Shown: positions 1 to 11,574 of the stretch, in pieces
How positions within the stretch are numbered: the first letter of the stretch is position 1
How the letters are laid out: every line of letters begins with the position of its first letter
Virus record (IMG/VR): IMGVR_UViG_3300046170_000181
Span: 1-52,975 of that record
Length of the DNA stretch: 52,975 nucleotides
Direction: 5' to 3' (one strand)
Origin: a virus
Taxonomy: Duplodnaviria > Caudoviricetes
Made by a program: the position numbers and the translations under genes
Notes under the pieces: model-generated
What the model was told of the DNA's origin: nothing
The model's database searches: none
What the model saw: only the letters and a program-made list of their open reading frames with translations

Positions 1-1123
1 TTCACCAGTGCCATTAGGCGTAATATCAATGTTGCCGTTTGTGTTGGTGGATGTAATAGCATTACCATCAACCTTCAGGTTATCTACGCGAAGGTCTGTA
101 ACGGCAGAGTTTGTACCAATCGTTACGCCATCGATAGTACCACCATTAATATCAGCGGTTGTGACGTTACCTAAATTAGAAACTGTTGCGCCGGCAAAGC
201 TAATAGTACCGTCAACAGTCAGGCCAGTAAATGCACCAGACGCACGAGTACCCGCACCAATAACTGTGTTATCGATGTTACCGTTATTAATGTCTACGCT
301 GTCGGCGTTAAGCTGATCAATCTCAGCCGTTCCATCAATGAACAGATCCTGCCATTCATTTGAGCTTGAACCTAGATTATATGTACCATCCGTGGTTGGG
401 AGAATGCTTGTTCCAACACGTCCAAGGAATGCAATTGTATCATTGGTGTTGTTACCGAGGTTAGTATCGGCGTTGGCGTTTAGCGTTCCATTGACTGTGA
501 GATTCGAGTTAGTAGTGACATTACCACCGAAGTAACCCGTTCCAGTAATCGAAGCATTACCTGACTGAGTGAGATTACCAGTGAGAGTAATGTTCCCACC
601 GATAGAAGCGTTACCAGAAAGAGATAAAGTATCGCCGCTAACGGTATCAATATACCCCGTACCATCAATATGAATATCTTTAAATTGATATGTGCTCGTC
701 CCTATATCTACGGTGTTTGAAGTTAATGGCGTAATGTTATTATTGGGGCTGATTGCAACGCCCTCAGTCCACACCGCACTGCCGACTGTATTATTAACGC
801 AAATAAACAACCTGTTTGTGGTTGTGTTTAACCATACTGATGTTGGGGCATATCCCCGCGTTTGCATCATCTGTGGTGGTTGGGTTTGACGTAGCTGTTG
901 TATTACTACGACCACCTGTTCCGCCGTTTGCTGGAAGAAGATATCCCGATACGGAAGTTGCTAGGTTAATTTTAGGGGAGTTTCCGGCCGAGCCATCGTG
1001 AGAGTGGCCGCTAGTTGGATCAAACGCCGTCTGAAGCTGGTTGAATTCAGCATTCAGTGGCGGTGCCGTAATATTAGCCCCGTTAATGATGTCAGCTACA
1101 GACTGTCTTGTATATCCTGCCAT
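1..1123 (-). CDS. Long tail fibre, N-terminal part (+1 frameshift at ~856; runs off the window start)
   Basis: MAGYTRQS..NAEFNQL..GHSHDG N-terminus typical of marine podovirus fibres. Removing one C at 854-857 gives an open frame to position 1 with DINGGTIDG repeats matching 51376-52975. Confidence 0.8.
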
Positions 1124-2964
1124 TTAGCGTCTTCCTGCTACACTGAACTCGAAAACAATTCCTTGAATCGAGTATGGATTAAAATCGCCAAGCGTCACGA
1201 ATGTGAGCTGTACAGCGTATCCAGAACCTTGGATCGAGGTGGTAACGATTGGTTTTTCATTACCGCCGTAATTAATGCTGGTGCCGGCGTAAGAAATGTT
1301 TCGGCCCTTATATCTAACAGGCGCACCCTTAGATTGTTGCGAATATGAACTTGGCTTTGCTGTATTGGGGATCTTCCCAATCGTAGTTAACGGCCATGTT
1401 CAAAGTAAGGGGGCCTTCTGCGCGAATAAACGTATTAGTCTTTCGCATTGTCTTTCGTACTTCAGTATCCCCGAAGTCGAAGAATGGGGTTGCGTATACA
1501 GCTAAAATATCCGTTCCATCGAAGTTTGTACCCTTCTCTTGCTGATATATTTTGCCGTTATAATCCCCATGAAGAACCAGCTCTTCTCGGCCTACATATG
1601 CCGAGGTACAGGCACTGGCCCTAATCCCGATCAGCTCTCCAAATTCCCAACCTAATCGCTGGTCGGCGGATCTAAGACCACCAATAATTCCGAAGCTATC
1701 TGTCGTATCCGCATCCGTATCATTACCAATAAAATAACGGAGCTGGGATTTGCTTCTAATGACCACGCCGTTAAGGCTGTCTAGGTCAAAGTCTCGTGGT
1801 AAATCTACGAGAAGTTGTTGAATGCTTTTACTAATAGTTTCAAGTTCAACGTCACCGATCCTACTTGTACCCGCCACCGGTCTAAGTCCGTCCGGGGCCA
1901 AGAAGACCAGATCACCACCAATCTCAAGGACACTGTCCCGGGCAATACAGCCCACATTGGTTGTTACTTGGTCAAGAACAAATCCGGCTGTAAGGTCTGG
2001 GCTTACTTTTTTAATGCCGTTTGTTCCGAATACGAATAAATCACCACGGAAAGGTTTAAACTGGACTACATCAAAACCAATGGCCAACTGGCCTGAACCG
2101 TTTGCACTCGTAAAGTCTAGGGGGTCATTTGGTGCACTATAAGCAATCGTTGCTTCACTTAATGCATCCCCACCAAGAAATAGATGGTTCTCGAAGGCAT
2201 CTACCAATGACGGCGCATCTACACACTGTGCCCCACCCGGGCTTGATGATCCGCCTGAATTACCGCTCGATAATTCTTGCCAATTAACACCATCAAAAAG
2301 AAAAGCTTTATTAACACCATCAACAAAACAAATCTTGTTACCATCACCAAAATTAAAATTAACGTGTCTTAACTTGGTAACTTGAAGTGAGGTGTCACGC
2401 ATTGTGTGCGTTAACCCTGTGGTGTATTTAGTCCAGCCACCCGGTGCATATCGATATAAAGCATATTGATTAGTATCGATTACAACTGTGTCTCCTGCAC
2501 TTGCAGGGGAAGCTAACGTGACAGTATTACCAGATACAGTATAGTCAGAAGTAATATTAAGGTCACTTGAATTCTGACTGACATCTACTTCTGCCGGATT
2601 GGCAACTGTAAGTGTTCTGGTATTATCATCTGCGCCAGTGAAGGCGGTTTGTCCGGCCGTTGCGGTGAATGTATATTTTTTTACCTTACGGGCGGCAATG
2701 ATAACTGTCTCGTTAAGGTTATCGTCCTTTGAAAATAGCTACCGATAAAATCTTGCCTTCAGCGTTTGTAGGATCAACCTCTTGATATGTTGAATTATAA
2801 GGTTGAAATCCCTCGATACGCCTATAGCCCCCAAAGAGGCTAACCTCGTAATTAACGAGGCGGGTTGCGGCCCCGGGGTTGTTTTCACTGAGATCCAGAT
2901 GGTTCTCATTTGAATTCAATCCGCCACCACAAATAACTTTGTAGGACTGAATGCGATCTGGCAT
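1124..2964 (-). CDS. Tail tubular protein B (nozzle, T7 gp12-like); +1 frameshifts at ~2727 and ~1367
   Basis: ORF pieces 2719-2964 and 1329-2402 plus a C-terminal frame ending SVAGRR* join into one protein. GGLN N-terminal motif, VGCIARDSV and VFLAPDGLR motifs; lies after tubular protein A. Confidence 0.75.
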
Positions 2965-3690
2965 TTAACGTGTACTCAATAGGGAGCTTGAAAGACCACG
3001 GTGGCGGTGTATCCGGGTATCAGTGATGCTTTGGTATTTGTTTATCAGGATGCCCTGCATTTCTTTTAACCCTTGCTGGAATAGCTGTGCACTAACTCCT
3101 GCCGCCTCTGGGTTATCTCGGAACATATACATATGGTACAAAGCACCATCGATTATTACGTTGTTGTATGAATTTGGGATGCGGGACTCATCGTTGTAGG
3201 CTACTAGGTCTACGTTCGTCATGTAGTATCGAAACTTTAGCCCATATGCTTTGTCGGGGCTGGGGCTTACACCATATCCGTTACCATGTCCGGGGAATAC
3301 ATAAATGGGTACGCTTGTACCTGTTACCCCTGCATCATCGTCTTTGTCGTGATAACTTTTGTACCACTCATCCCGGGAGATAAACTGAAGTGTTGTATGA
3401 TCAATCCCGAGGTTTGCATCTTTTTGAAGCTGGAAGGAATTCCAATCAGCTACTTTAAAATATGTGGGCCATGAATATTCTTCCTGACCTACTGAAAGCG
3501 TCTGTGTGTGTTCAGCCGCATTAAAAGGCCATTCATATTCGGCCTGATTAATCTTTGAAATAGACGCCTTGATTGAGTCTTTAGCCAGAGCTTGAACACC
3601 ACGAGTGGTTCCAAAATCAGCTTGCGCGATTTCTACCTCATTAAGACGGCGTAATAGCTCGTTTGTAAGATCGATGTAGTTACTCGGCAT
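2965..3690 (-). CDS. Tail tubular protein A (adaptor, T7 gp11-like)
   Basis: 241 aa directly after the capsid gene; YIDLTNELLRRLNE N-terminus and EWPF motif. Confidence 0.7.
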   Translation of the reverse strand: MPSNYIDLTNELLRRLNEVEIAQADFGTTRGVQALAKDSIKASISKINQAEYEWPFNAAEHTQTLSVGQEEYSWPTYFKVADWNSFQLQKDANLGIDHTTLQFISRDEWYKSYHDKDDDAGVTGTSVPIYVFPGHGNGYGVSPSPDKAYGLKFRYYMTNVDLVAYNDESRIPNSYNNVIIDGALYHMYMFRDNPEAAGVSAQLFQQGLKEMQGILINKYQSITDTRIHRHRGLSSSLLSTR

Positions 3691-3717
3691 CTGGTCATTT
3701 TCTCAAATTAAAAAGCA

Positions 3718-3752
3718 TAAAAGGGTAGCCCCCCAAATCGAAAGGCTACCCA
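3718..3752 (-). terminator. Intrinsic terminator after the major capsid gene
   Basis: Minus strand GGGTAGCC-loop-GGCTACCC followed by TTTT. Confidence 0.75.
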
Positions 3753-3758
3753 GTTTAT

Positions 3759-4817
3759 TTATGCGAGGTTGTAAGTCGCAGTCATGATTGCTTCAGGACG
3801 AAGGATCTTCCGGCCGTACAACTGCATACCACGAACGATGTCCGCGAATGAGTCTGGGTCACGGTAGGCTTCAGTCTTGTTCAACTGCTGTGCAGTAGCA
3901 ACGGCTGACTGATGACCAGCAACTACGATTCCGAAGTTAGTCTCAGAACCTGTGGACAATGATGTGCCCGGCCCAGTGCCTTCGTATGGAAGGTTATTGG
4001 ACTTGTAGACACGGAAGCCACGGATCAAGCCTTCGCCAACACGGCCGTTGCGGATCTCTTCACCGCCGCCGAAATCAGCGTTAACGAACTTCGAGTCTTC
4101 ATCCATCAGGATTTCGTAGAAGACAGGGTCGGCTACAAACCAACGATCTGCGGTATCTACGTTTGCCTGATCCATTAGACGGGCCATGCGGTTCAGGATC
4201 TCCAGTGGAGAGCTGATACCAGATGCACCGCCGCCAGCGGCTACAGGGATAGAAGTTACTTCGGAAGCAACACCCAAATCAGATCCACCAAAGTCGGTGA
4301 TATCGAGTGAGTTTGCGGCCAAAAGTTCGTCATTACCGGCGGTTGAGTCAGCTTTAGTACCGTTTACTGCGGTACGTCTCTGCCATCCACCGGAACCATC
4401 GTCTTCCCAACCGGCAAGATAGCCGAGAACCTCTGCATCGAAAGTGTCACGCAAACGATATGCGGCACGATCTGTAGCAAGATCCATGAAGTTGACGTGG
4501 GAGTGGGCTTGCTCAATATCGTCCAATTTGAACATATAGTAGTTCGCTTGATCGACAATGAGTGAGAAATCGGCGTCACTCAAATTTTGCGCGGCGACAG
4601 CGGTGCCTCGTGCATATGAGCTAACTGTGATTTCAGGTTCTTTGATGATACGGACTGAGTCACCGTAGTTGGCGATTTCACCCATATAATCGGTGTTAGT
4701 GATATCTTCTACCACTGAGGACTTCCGGAAAGCCTTCTGGACTTTCTGGGAGTAAATGACGGGGCTAAAGTTACCGTTAGGTAGGTTTGCATAGCCCCCT
4801 GCGCTTGCAAATGCCAT
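3759..4817 (-). CDS. Major capsid protein
   Basis: NFSPVIYSQKVQ..TNTDYMGEI..GDSVRII and DSFADIVRGMQLYGRKILRPEA motifs of HMO-2011-like capsid proteins; strong AAGGAG RBS. Confidence 0.92.
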   Translation of the reverse strand: MAFASAGGYANLPNGNFSPVIYSQKVQKAFRKSSVVEDITNTDYMGEIANYGDSVRIIKEPEITVSSYARGTAVAAQNLSDADFSLIVDQANYYMFKLDDIEQAHSHVNFMDLATDRAAYRLRDTFDAEVLGYLAGWEDDGSGGWQRRTAVNGTKADSTAGNDELLAANSLDITDFGGSDLGVASEVTSIPVAAGGGASGISSPLEILNRMARLMDQANVDTADRWFVADPVFYEILMDEDSKFVNADFGGGEEIRNGRVGEGLIRGFRVYKSNNLPYEGTGPGTSLSTGSETNFGIVVAGHQSAVATAQQLNKTEAYRDPDSFADIVRGMQLYGRKILRPEAIMTATYNLA

Positions 4818-4849
4818 GATTCATCTCCTTGATGCTAAGTAGGCAAAAA

Positions 4850-5070
4850 CAACCTCATTTAGTTGAACAGTAGCTGAACTACGCCACTAGTGAGGTCGGG
4901 GTTTCTGGTACTAAACAGAGGAAACTCTCTCTTAGGGCTGAACCTTTACCGGGTATCTTCCATAGTGAATTAGCGGAAGGGCCGGACAGCTTCAGGTAAC
5001 TTAGAAGTGTTCTTCTGGTTTTTGGGGGGTTTTTGTAGAGGTAGGTTGAAGGGCAACGGCTCTACTATAA
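4850..5070 (-). promoter_or_regulatory. Structured 5' leader of the capsid mRNA, with a sigma70-like promoter upstream (TTGTAA..TATAAC, ~5079-5108)
   Basis: About 300 bp intergenic region with several nested stems carrying CC/nUAC internal loops. Confidence 0.55.
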
Positions 5071-5116
5071 CTGAGGATGTTATACCACAAGTATTGTACC
5101 TTTTACAAGTGGCGTT

Positions 5117-5893
5117 TTAACGAGCTCCACCAGATAAGTCGTATTCAAAGGTGCCATTCTTGATTGACTCCATGATTGCCGTCTCATTTTTTTCGTATTC
5201 GGCGGCTGTCATCTTATCAATTTGGCTCTCTTTGAACATTGCTCTGCCACCGGACGGGGCGGCTGTACCTGACCGACCTACGGCCTGTGCGGCAGAACTA
5301 TCACTTTTACGCTTACGCTTAATGCCTTTATCCGCTTTATATAAATCAATAGCGCGGGATGCGGCTTTAGCGTCAGTGTTATTCTTATAAAGGGCGTCCT
5401 GAACATATTGTGGTTGTTCAGTTACCCAATCATGAAAATCTCGACTTGCACGAATGTTGTCAAAATCGGGGTGGGTTTTGCGGAGCTCGGCTTCTGCCTT
5501 CTCTCGCTTTACCTGTCTCTCAAAGTTTTTAACTTCTTCGAGCTTTTGTTCACCAACCGTTAGTGCTTCTTGAACACGCTTCTGTGCGATTGTGTCGATA
5601 ATATTAGCGACATCGGGATACTTCTTTGCCCATGCGGCTACCTCTTCTTCAGACTTTGGAAACTTAATTTGTTGTTTCGTAGCCGAGTCGAGTTGGTTTT
5701 TCATTTCAGCAAGTTGGGCATCTCTATTTGCCATTTGCTGTTGCATATGCCGGCGAAGATCACCGTAACGCTTTTTGAAAGTAGCCTCTTCGTTATCCGC
5801 CGGGGCTTCGTTTAGATTTGCTTCGGGCTGTTGTTGTCCAACAGACTCCTCATTATACACGTCCTCGCGGTACGCGCCTTGATATTTAGCCAT
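5117..5893 (-). CDS. Capsid scaffolding protein
   Basis: Coiled-coil protein upstream of the capsid gene; FKKRYGDLRRH and HPDF motifs, C-terminal YDLSGGAR. Confidence 0.8.
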   Translation of the reverse strand: MAKYQGAYREDVYNEESVGQQQPEANLNEAPADNEEATFKKRYGDLRRHMQQQMANRDAQLAEMKNQLDSATKQQIKFPKSEEEVAAWAKKYPDVANIIDTIAQKRVQEALTVGEQKLEEVKNFERQVKREKAEAELRKTHPDFDNIRASRDFHDWVTEQPQYVQDALYKNNTDAKAASRAIDLYKADKGIKRKRKSDSSAAQAVGRSGTAAPSGGRAMFKESQIDKMTAAEYEKNETAIMESIKNGTFEYDLSGGAR

Positions 5894-5992
5894 GATTTCT
5901 CCTATGGGGGCCTCAAAGTAGACCAGATTAGCTAAGTTATAATTGAACTACGCCACTAATCCGGTGGTTTGCGGGTATGCCCTACCGCGCAA

Positions 5993-6928
5993 TTAGCGTT
6001 TCATCACGACAAAAGACATTGACGGACGATATGAGAACTGACCGGGATCTGACGGGTATTCTTCCTCGTCATATTCTTCGTATTCCGGCATCATCAGTTC
6101 TTCTTCAATTGTTCCAGATGCAACCTCTACTGTATTGCCTTCTGGTGTTTCATATTCCTCTTGAAACTCCCCTTGCCCTTCTTCGGCGTCACCGTCTTCG
6201 GCCTGAACTTCGGTGTCCGCAAGCTCTTCGCTATCGGATTCCTCTTGTTCTGTGGGAGCTTCTTCATATTCATTTTCGTCACCGATGGTCTGGATTTGCC
6301 CTTCAAAGTGCATTGCCATCAGACCAAGCTTCGCCTCATCCCTAAGAGCCATGAAAGTTTTTAGTCCGTGATATCTAACCACATCGGCTGGTACGACATA
6401 TTCACCATCACTGAGTACAGCGGGGATATCGTCACGGACATTCATTGCGTTGGAGCCGGGTGGAATTGGATTACCTGACACTTCATCATGACCAATATGA
6501 TAATCCATAGAATCTGGGCTCATCATCCCATCACTACAATCATCACAACCACAGGCCATCCCGCCGTGGTACATCTCAACGTGATCACTATCCTTCATCA
6601 TCGTTCCGTCTGGCATTGTGTGGTAGCCTTCAGGCACCTCTTCAGTTTCAGGCATTAAATTATCACTGCGCTCTTTGGCATAATTTTCAGCATCCTCAAC
6701 ACTTTCAAACAAAGGAAGTTCTTCACCTGTGAGTGGATCTACTGGGCCATTTTCTTCAACGAATTTTTCAAGCTCTGCCTGAGACATCTGATTACCTTCA
6801 GCATCAACAGAGGGGATTGTTATCCAGCCATCGTCTGTTTCAAATGTAATGCTACGCTCAGAATAGTTCTCACCAGTTTCTTTATCTTCATAGACCTTAC
6901 GGCCCTTAGTTGTCATCATATCCGCCAC
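5993..6928 (-). CDS. Acidic hypothetical virion-associated protein
   Basis: 311 aa; DDIPAVLSDGEYVVPADVVRYHG motif common in marine podoviruses; HTMPDGTMM motif. Confidence 0.65.
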   Translation of the reverse strand: MADMMTTKGRKVYEDKETGENYSERSITFETDDGWITIPSVDAEGNQMSQAELEKFVEENGPVDPLTGEELPLFESVEDAENYAKERSDNLMPETEEVPEGYHTMPDGTMMKDSDHVEMYHGGMACGCDDCSDGMMSPDSMDYHIGHDEVSGNPIPPGSNAMNVRDDIPAVLSDGEYVVPADVVRYHGLKTFMALRDEAKLGLMAMHFEGQIQTIGDENEYEEAPTEQEESDSEELADTEVQAEDGDAEEGQGEFQEEYETPEGNTVEVASGTIEEELMMPEYEEYDEEEYPSDPGQFSYRPSMSFVVMKR

Positions 6929-7143
6929 TATTTTGCTCCCTCAATAGCCTGTTCCCGAAGGGTCTTCATTCGGCGGATCTCCGCGATTGCCCCTTGTAGA
7001 TCAATTATTTTCTCGAACTCTTTTGTGTTCTCAAGATAGCCACGGAGTGTTTCGATCCGGCTATCTAGGTAGCCCATCAAGACATCATACTTATCGACAT
7101 CATTAACGAGCGGTAGGAGAGCCCTTGCGTTTGATTTATCCAT
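6928..7143 (-). CDS. Hypothetical protein downstream of portal
   Basis: 71 aa helical ORF, translationally coupled to both neighbours. Confidence 0.65.
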   Translation of the reverse strand: MDKSNARALLPLVNDVDKYDVLMGYLDSRIETLRGYLENTKEFEKIIDLQGAIAEIRRMKTLREQAIEGAK

Positions 7144-9279
7144 TATTGAATTGCGCCTTCAGGCCCGGGTGCGGGTGGTTGTCCACCGTTGGCTCCGCCG
7201 CCACCGCCAGTAAATCCAGCGGCTCCCGGCTCGGGTGCCATTCCCGGTGCAATATTACCATTACCTGTTCCGGTAGGGTCATTAGCTGATGGGACGCCAG
7301 CCCCTTCCGCTGGGCCTTGTTGACCACCCGGTGGTTGTGGCATCATAGCGGCAATCTCCGCCATCATCTGTGCCTGAATAGCCGCCTCGCGTGGATCATT
7401 AAGGATCTTGTCCTCATCTAGATCCATTGACGCTGAAAGCTCTCTCAGGATGTAGTCGTACTTAACAAACGGTGCCATAGCCGGGTTAGCGGTCATCTGC
7501 ATGAATTGAAGCAAGCGTTGTGAGCGTACTTCGTTACGCATCAGACTTTCAGTACCACGAGCAACAACATCCAAACTTCCCCGTATTGCGGGGTCAAAAT
7601 TGAACTGCATATTGAAACTGAATAGGCTTCTTCCAAGAGGGGCCAACAAGTAGTCATCGATATTCCGTACCACGGCTTTAATGTTTTGTGCCGCCGCGCC
7701 CATCAACATCGACATCCCACTAGCGGTTCTTCCAACACCCATCACACCACTAATACCGTGTGCATAGCTCGGCATTCCTGTGGACTCATCGGATAGTTGC
7801 CGTGCCTTGTCGAACATCATTAGACATTCATTTGTGACATTCGGAAACTTGGTGCCGAAGATAGCTTGACCCGGTGCCCCTGCTTGCCGGCGAAACACTT
7901 TGCCGGGATATACAGATAGGTCTTGTCCGGGGACGAGGTTAGTCTCGTCTATCTCAATCAACAGGTTAGATGACAATGCCGCGTTATCGACAGCCATCCG
8001 CATAAACCCGTTCATGATCTCTTGGGTGTCTTCCATGTTTTCTGCGAGGCCAACACCAAAGAAGCTGTAAGGATTCAATTCGTATGGCACCGCATGGTAT
8101 GGAATACGGCTAGGTGTAAATGGATTTAGTACCAGACGTAAAATCTGTCCGTTACATACCCATGCGTTAATCTGAATTTGGTCGTTATCAGCCAACTCAT
8201 CAGGGATATCAATGCCAGCTTCATCTGCAATATCAGCATCAACAATGCCCCAATATTCAAGGCACTCAAATCGGTCAACGTCACTAGAGGTGTTGTTATC
8301 CTCTAGAGCCTCTTCCCAATATTCAGCGGTGTAATTTGCTCCGTACTCAATAGCCAGCTCAATGGCTTCCTCACGGAAATAAGGACGCTTCTTTAATGCC
8401 CTCATTTGTGTCCGGTTCAGTCTATGTCTCTCAATAGCATATTCTGACTCGTTCATGCTTCGTGCGTCAGGATCAGGATAAAAATTCCAAATACTAACGG
8501 ACTCTACCTTTGGAATGTTGCGGAAAGCTGGGTCGTATTCACCTTCGTCATTCCAATTCGGGTATTCTTTCATATGAGCAAACGGGCCCTTGACGATGCC
8601 CGTTCCGAATAAACTCATTTCAAAAGCTACAGCTCTGAGGTGTTTACTTGCTTCACTCTCTTCAAGCTGGTCGTGGATGGTCTTTTCCATCTTCACGGCC
8701 GGCTTCTTTAGCTGGTTCAAAGGTAAATGCTGTTGGCGTTACGCCGGGCCCGGGGCGAAGGTTCTCTTCTACCCGTTCCAGCTTATTAGCCATATCACCC
8801 AGATTATCGAGGATCTCAGGACGTGCCGTAGTCGCATTTGTCCGGCGTGAAGGTTCCCCCGTTGCCTCTGCAATCTTTTCTTCGGTTACTTCCTGTGGGT
8901 CAAAATGGACAGATCCTGCCATTCCAACAGGTTTGCTAGAAGACTCAACCCCGATGGGGAATTTGCTTCCTGCAAAAAGGACATCAACAATCTGAGCATA
9001 TGCCGCCAATACCTTAGTTTTGGTAATCTTAATAAATGCTTGTGATTTTTCTGTATCGGTAAACTGAACATCGGGGCCATATAGACCACGGTAGTTTCGA
9101 TACGAGCGGAGCCAGCGTGTTTCATCTGTTTCTCGCCAAGATTTAGATTTGTTATAACGGCTTTCAATCCACCCGACTACGCCGGATAGTTCAAAATCAT
9201 CTGAGGGATCTTGGGCGTCTGCTAACCCTATAGCTCCATCTTCAATATCCATGTCTTCGGGACGATCTACTATTGCCAT
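7143..9279 (-). CDS. Portal protein (+1 frameshift at ~8700)
   Basis: ORFs 8662-9279 and 7143-8720 join. KITKTKVLAAY, FGTGIVKGP, WNFYPDP and PYELNPYSFFGVG motifs; follows the terminase. Confidence 0.88.
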
Positions 9280-9282
9280 GCT

Positions 9283-11196
9283 TTAATATCCAAATCTCAT
9301 ACTTGCCGGTTTCCAAATGGGCTCTGGTTTCTTCCCCCAACTATCGAAGGGAGATGCCGCCCGAGGCCGGCTCATTATTCCGTAGCGAATGCTGTCATAT
9401 GCGTGGTCGCTTCTGTAACGCTGATCGATGTCTTCCCCACCCTTCGGGTCATTGGGAATTACAGGGAGATCTGCGATAGCCTGTCGGCAGTTATTGAAGA
9501 ACACGATGCCGGGGCTTCCCGTCTCTTCGTCTACCTTCAGTAATTCATGAAGTCTGTTACGCCCTGCTATTCGGGCTCCGGCAGAACGATCACTCGGACG
9601 CCAACGGCATCCCATCGTAATCATTTCTTCTGCAATACTCGGGCCTATTTGGCCTCTGTTGTGCCAACAGGATGAGTCAAGAATACCATACTGTAAATTC
9701 TCACCGTGTTCGAGCTCAAGTATGGCCCTAGCTAAATCTTTACCGGTGTGCTTACTAACGTATAGTTCCCTATATACTATCAGAGTTTCCCATGACGGGT
9801 CAATGGCATACCAGTGAACAGCCGAGTATGAGCTGTAGCCGAAATCACAAGATCTAAACCTCCGCCAATCGTGTGGTATGTCGAAAGGTTCGACAACGTG
9901 TACGCCCTGTTTGAACTCAGGGAAGGCCGCTCCTTCAGCAATTGCCCAATCACCTTCCAGCAATTGGCGTCTTTGCATTTCAGGAAGAGAGAGAAGGTTG
10001 GCTTCATAACTGCCCTCTTTGAACAGATACGGATTGTCCTTGAGGGTTGCAGGAATAAACCGTCTGAAGAATAGAGGTATGCCAGCTTTCTCATGATGTT
10101 CCGGGTAAGTTAATGTTTCGCCTGTTTCGAGGTCTGTTGCCGCAAACGCCGTATTTGGCGGAGATGGGTCAATAAACATCTGCTTAACCCACTGGTGACC
10201 CGGGCCACCGGGGTTAGTAGTAGCTCGCATGAATATAGGAAGATCCGGGTCAGTTGTTCTGAGACGGCTTCGCATATAATTCCATGCAAACGGCGTACTG
10301 TGTTGAGTAAGTTCGTCAAAGCCGATGTAACTAAAGGCTTGACCTTGGTAACGTAAAACATCTTCTTCTCGTTCAAGATACGTCATCCATAAACGTGCAC
10401 CACTCGGGAATACCCACTGGCTTTTCTTTTCCTGCCATTTCGCTCCCGGGTACGCTTGCGGGTACAGTTCTTGACTCTTCCATACAAGCTCTCTGAGTTC
10501 ATCGTTGGTACGTCTAAGGATGAGTCCGTTGAAGTTAGGATTTCCAAAATACCGGAGGGGATCTGCGAGTAATCCCATCGATTTGCCTCCGCCGGCCGCT
10601 CCGCCGTAGAGGACTTCTCTTTCGGGTGCCGCCAAAAATTCTGTTTGGGGGCCGGGGTTTGGGCTAAAGACAACCTCTTTTTCTTTTGGTTGTGCTTGGA
10701 AGTCGAGCGTATCGCTGAACTGACCCTGTTTGGGTGGCGCACTGGGAACGTCTTCTTCTTCCCCATTTAAAGCACTGATCTTTTTCTTAGTTGCTGTGAG
10801 ACTTCGCTTCGCCGCCGCTTCACGCAGTTTGAGATCATGGAGTGCCTTCTCCTCTTTGGATTTAGGTGCGTTCTTTTTCTTACGCTGTTTGAGCTGTTTT
10901 ATCCGGGGGTTCTTATTATCACCACGGTTACGCTTCCATGCGTTTGCAATACCTTGGTGAGATACTTCCTTACCGGAATTCTCGCTCAACCACTGTGCCG
11001 TCTCACGGTAGGAATTACCTTGATCAAGATAATCCATTGCCTTTTCGAGAAACCCTATGAAGTGCCAATCAGGCACCAATACGAGCGGGTCATCCTCTGA
11101 CGGCATATACCCCATCGGAATATTCGATGTGGCATACTTCCGACTTTTATTTGGCCATTTATTCGGGGTCGTTTCCGTTGTCATATTCGGGCTCAA
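9283..11196 (-). CDS. terL: Terminase large subunit with ~170 aa N-terminal extension
   Basis: Walker A YGGAAGGGKS, Walker B IGFDELT, ATTNPGG, and nuclease motifs CDFGY and DHAYDSIRYG. Confidence 0.93.
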   Translation of the reverse strand: MSPNMTTETTPNKWPNKSRKYATSNIPMGYMPSEDDPLVLVPDWHFIGFLEKAMDYLDQGNSYRETAQWLSENSGKEVSHQGIANAWKRNRGDNKNPRIKQLKQRKKKNAPKSKEEKALHDLKLREAAAKRSLTATKKKISALNGEEEDVPSAPPKQGQFSDTLDFQAQPKEKEVVFSPNPGPQTEFLAAPEREVLYGGAAGGGKSMGLLADPLRYFGNPNFNGLILRRTNDELRELVWKSQELYPQAYPGAKWQEKKSQWVFPSGARLWMTYLEREEDVLRYQGQAFSYIGFDELTQHSTPFAWNYMRSRLRTTDPDLPIFMRATTNPGGPGHQWVKQMFIDPSPPNTAFAATDLETGETLTYPEHHEKAGIPLFFRRFIPATLKDNPYLFKEGSYEANLLSLPEMQRRQLLEGDWAIAEGAAFPEFKQGVHVVEPFDIPHDWRRFRSCDFGYSSYSAVHWYAIDPSWETLIVYRELYVSKHTGKDLARAILELEHGENLQYGILDSSCWHNRGQIGPSIAEEMITMGCRWRPSDRSAGARIAGRNRLHELLKVDEETGSPGIVFFNNCRQAIADLPVIPNDPKGGEDIDQRYRSDHAYDSIRYGIMSRPRAASPFDSWGKKPEPIWKPASMRFGY

Positions 11197-11569
11197 TCTG
11201 CTTTGGTGGCAGAATAAAAATACCCCCCTCTGGCCCCTTAACTTCTACCTGTTCCTTTTTAACAAGGCCGGCTCGGTCAAGGATTTGGCTTGCCGCACTA
11301 ACTGCATTTCGTGCACCCATTGCGGAAGGGTCGTTCAATACATCAACCATGCTGAACGTGGCCTTCGGCGCATTCATTGCAATCATCATGCTGGCCCGTT
11401 CGACAATCTCATCACGGATAGGCGCAACAGCCTCTGCAATCTTCGTTGCATCTGAGTACCCTGCAATACGCATCGCGGCGCGGATGTCTCCACGCGCTTC
11501 TCCGCATAAGGCTTCTAAAAAAGCCTCTTGCCGTTCGGTTATCTTTTTCTTCTCGGGTGTGTCTGACAC
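11159..11569 (-). CDS. Putative terminase small subunit
   Basis: TERQEAFLEAL..AAMRIAGYS HTH-like N-terminus and QILDRAG motif; immediately upstream of terL. Confidence 0.6.
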   Translation of the reverse strand: MSDTPEKKKITERQEAFLEALCGEARGDIRAAMRIAGYSDATKIAEAVAPIRDEIVERASMMIAMNAPKATFSMVDVLNDPSAMGARNAVSAASQILDRAGLVKKEQVEVKGPEGGIFILPPKQIEPEYDNGNDPE

Positions 11570-11574
11570 TTAAA

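Noticed and set aside
4865-4879. Second LexA box (GAAC-N7-GAAC)
   Set aside because: It arises from the 11-bp period of the 31-bp motif, is not kept in the other copies, and is ~200 bp from the promoter.
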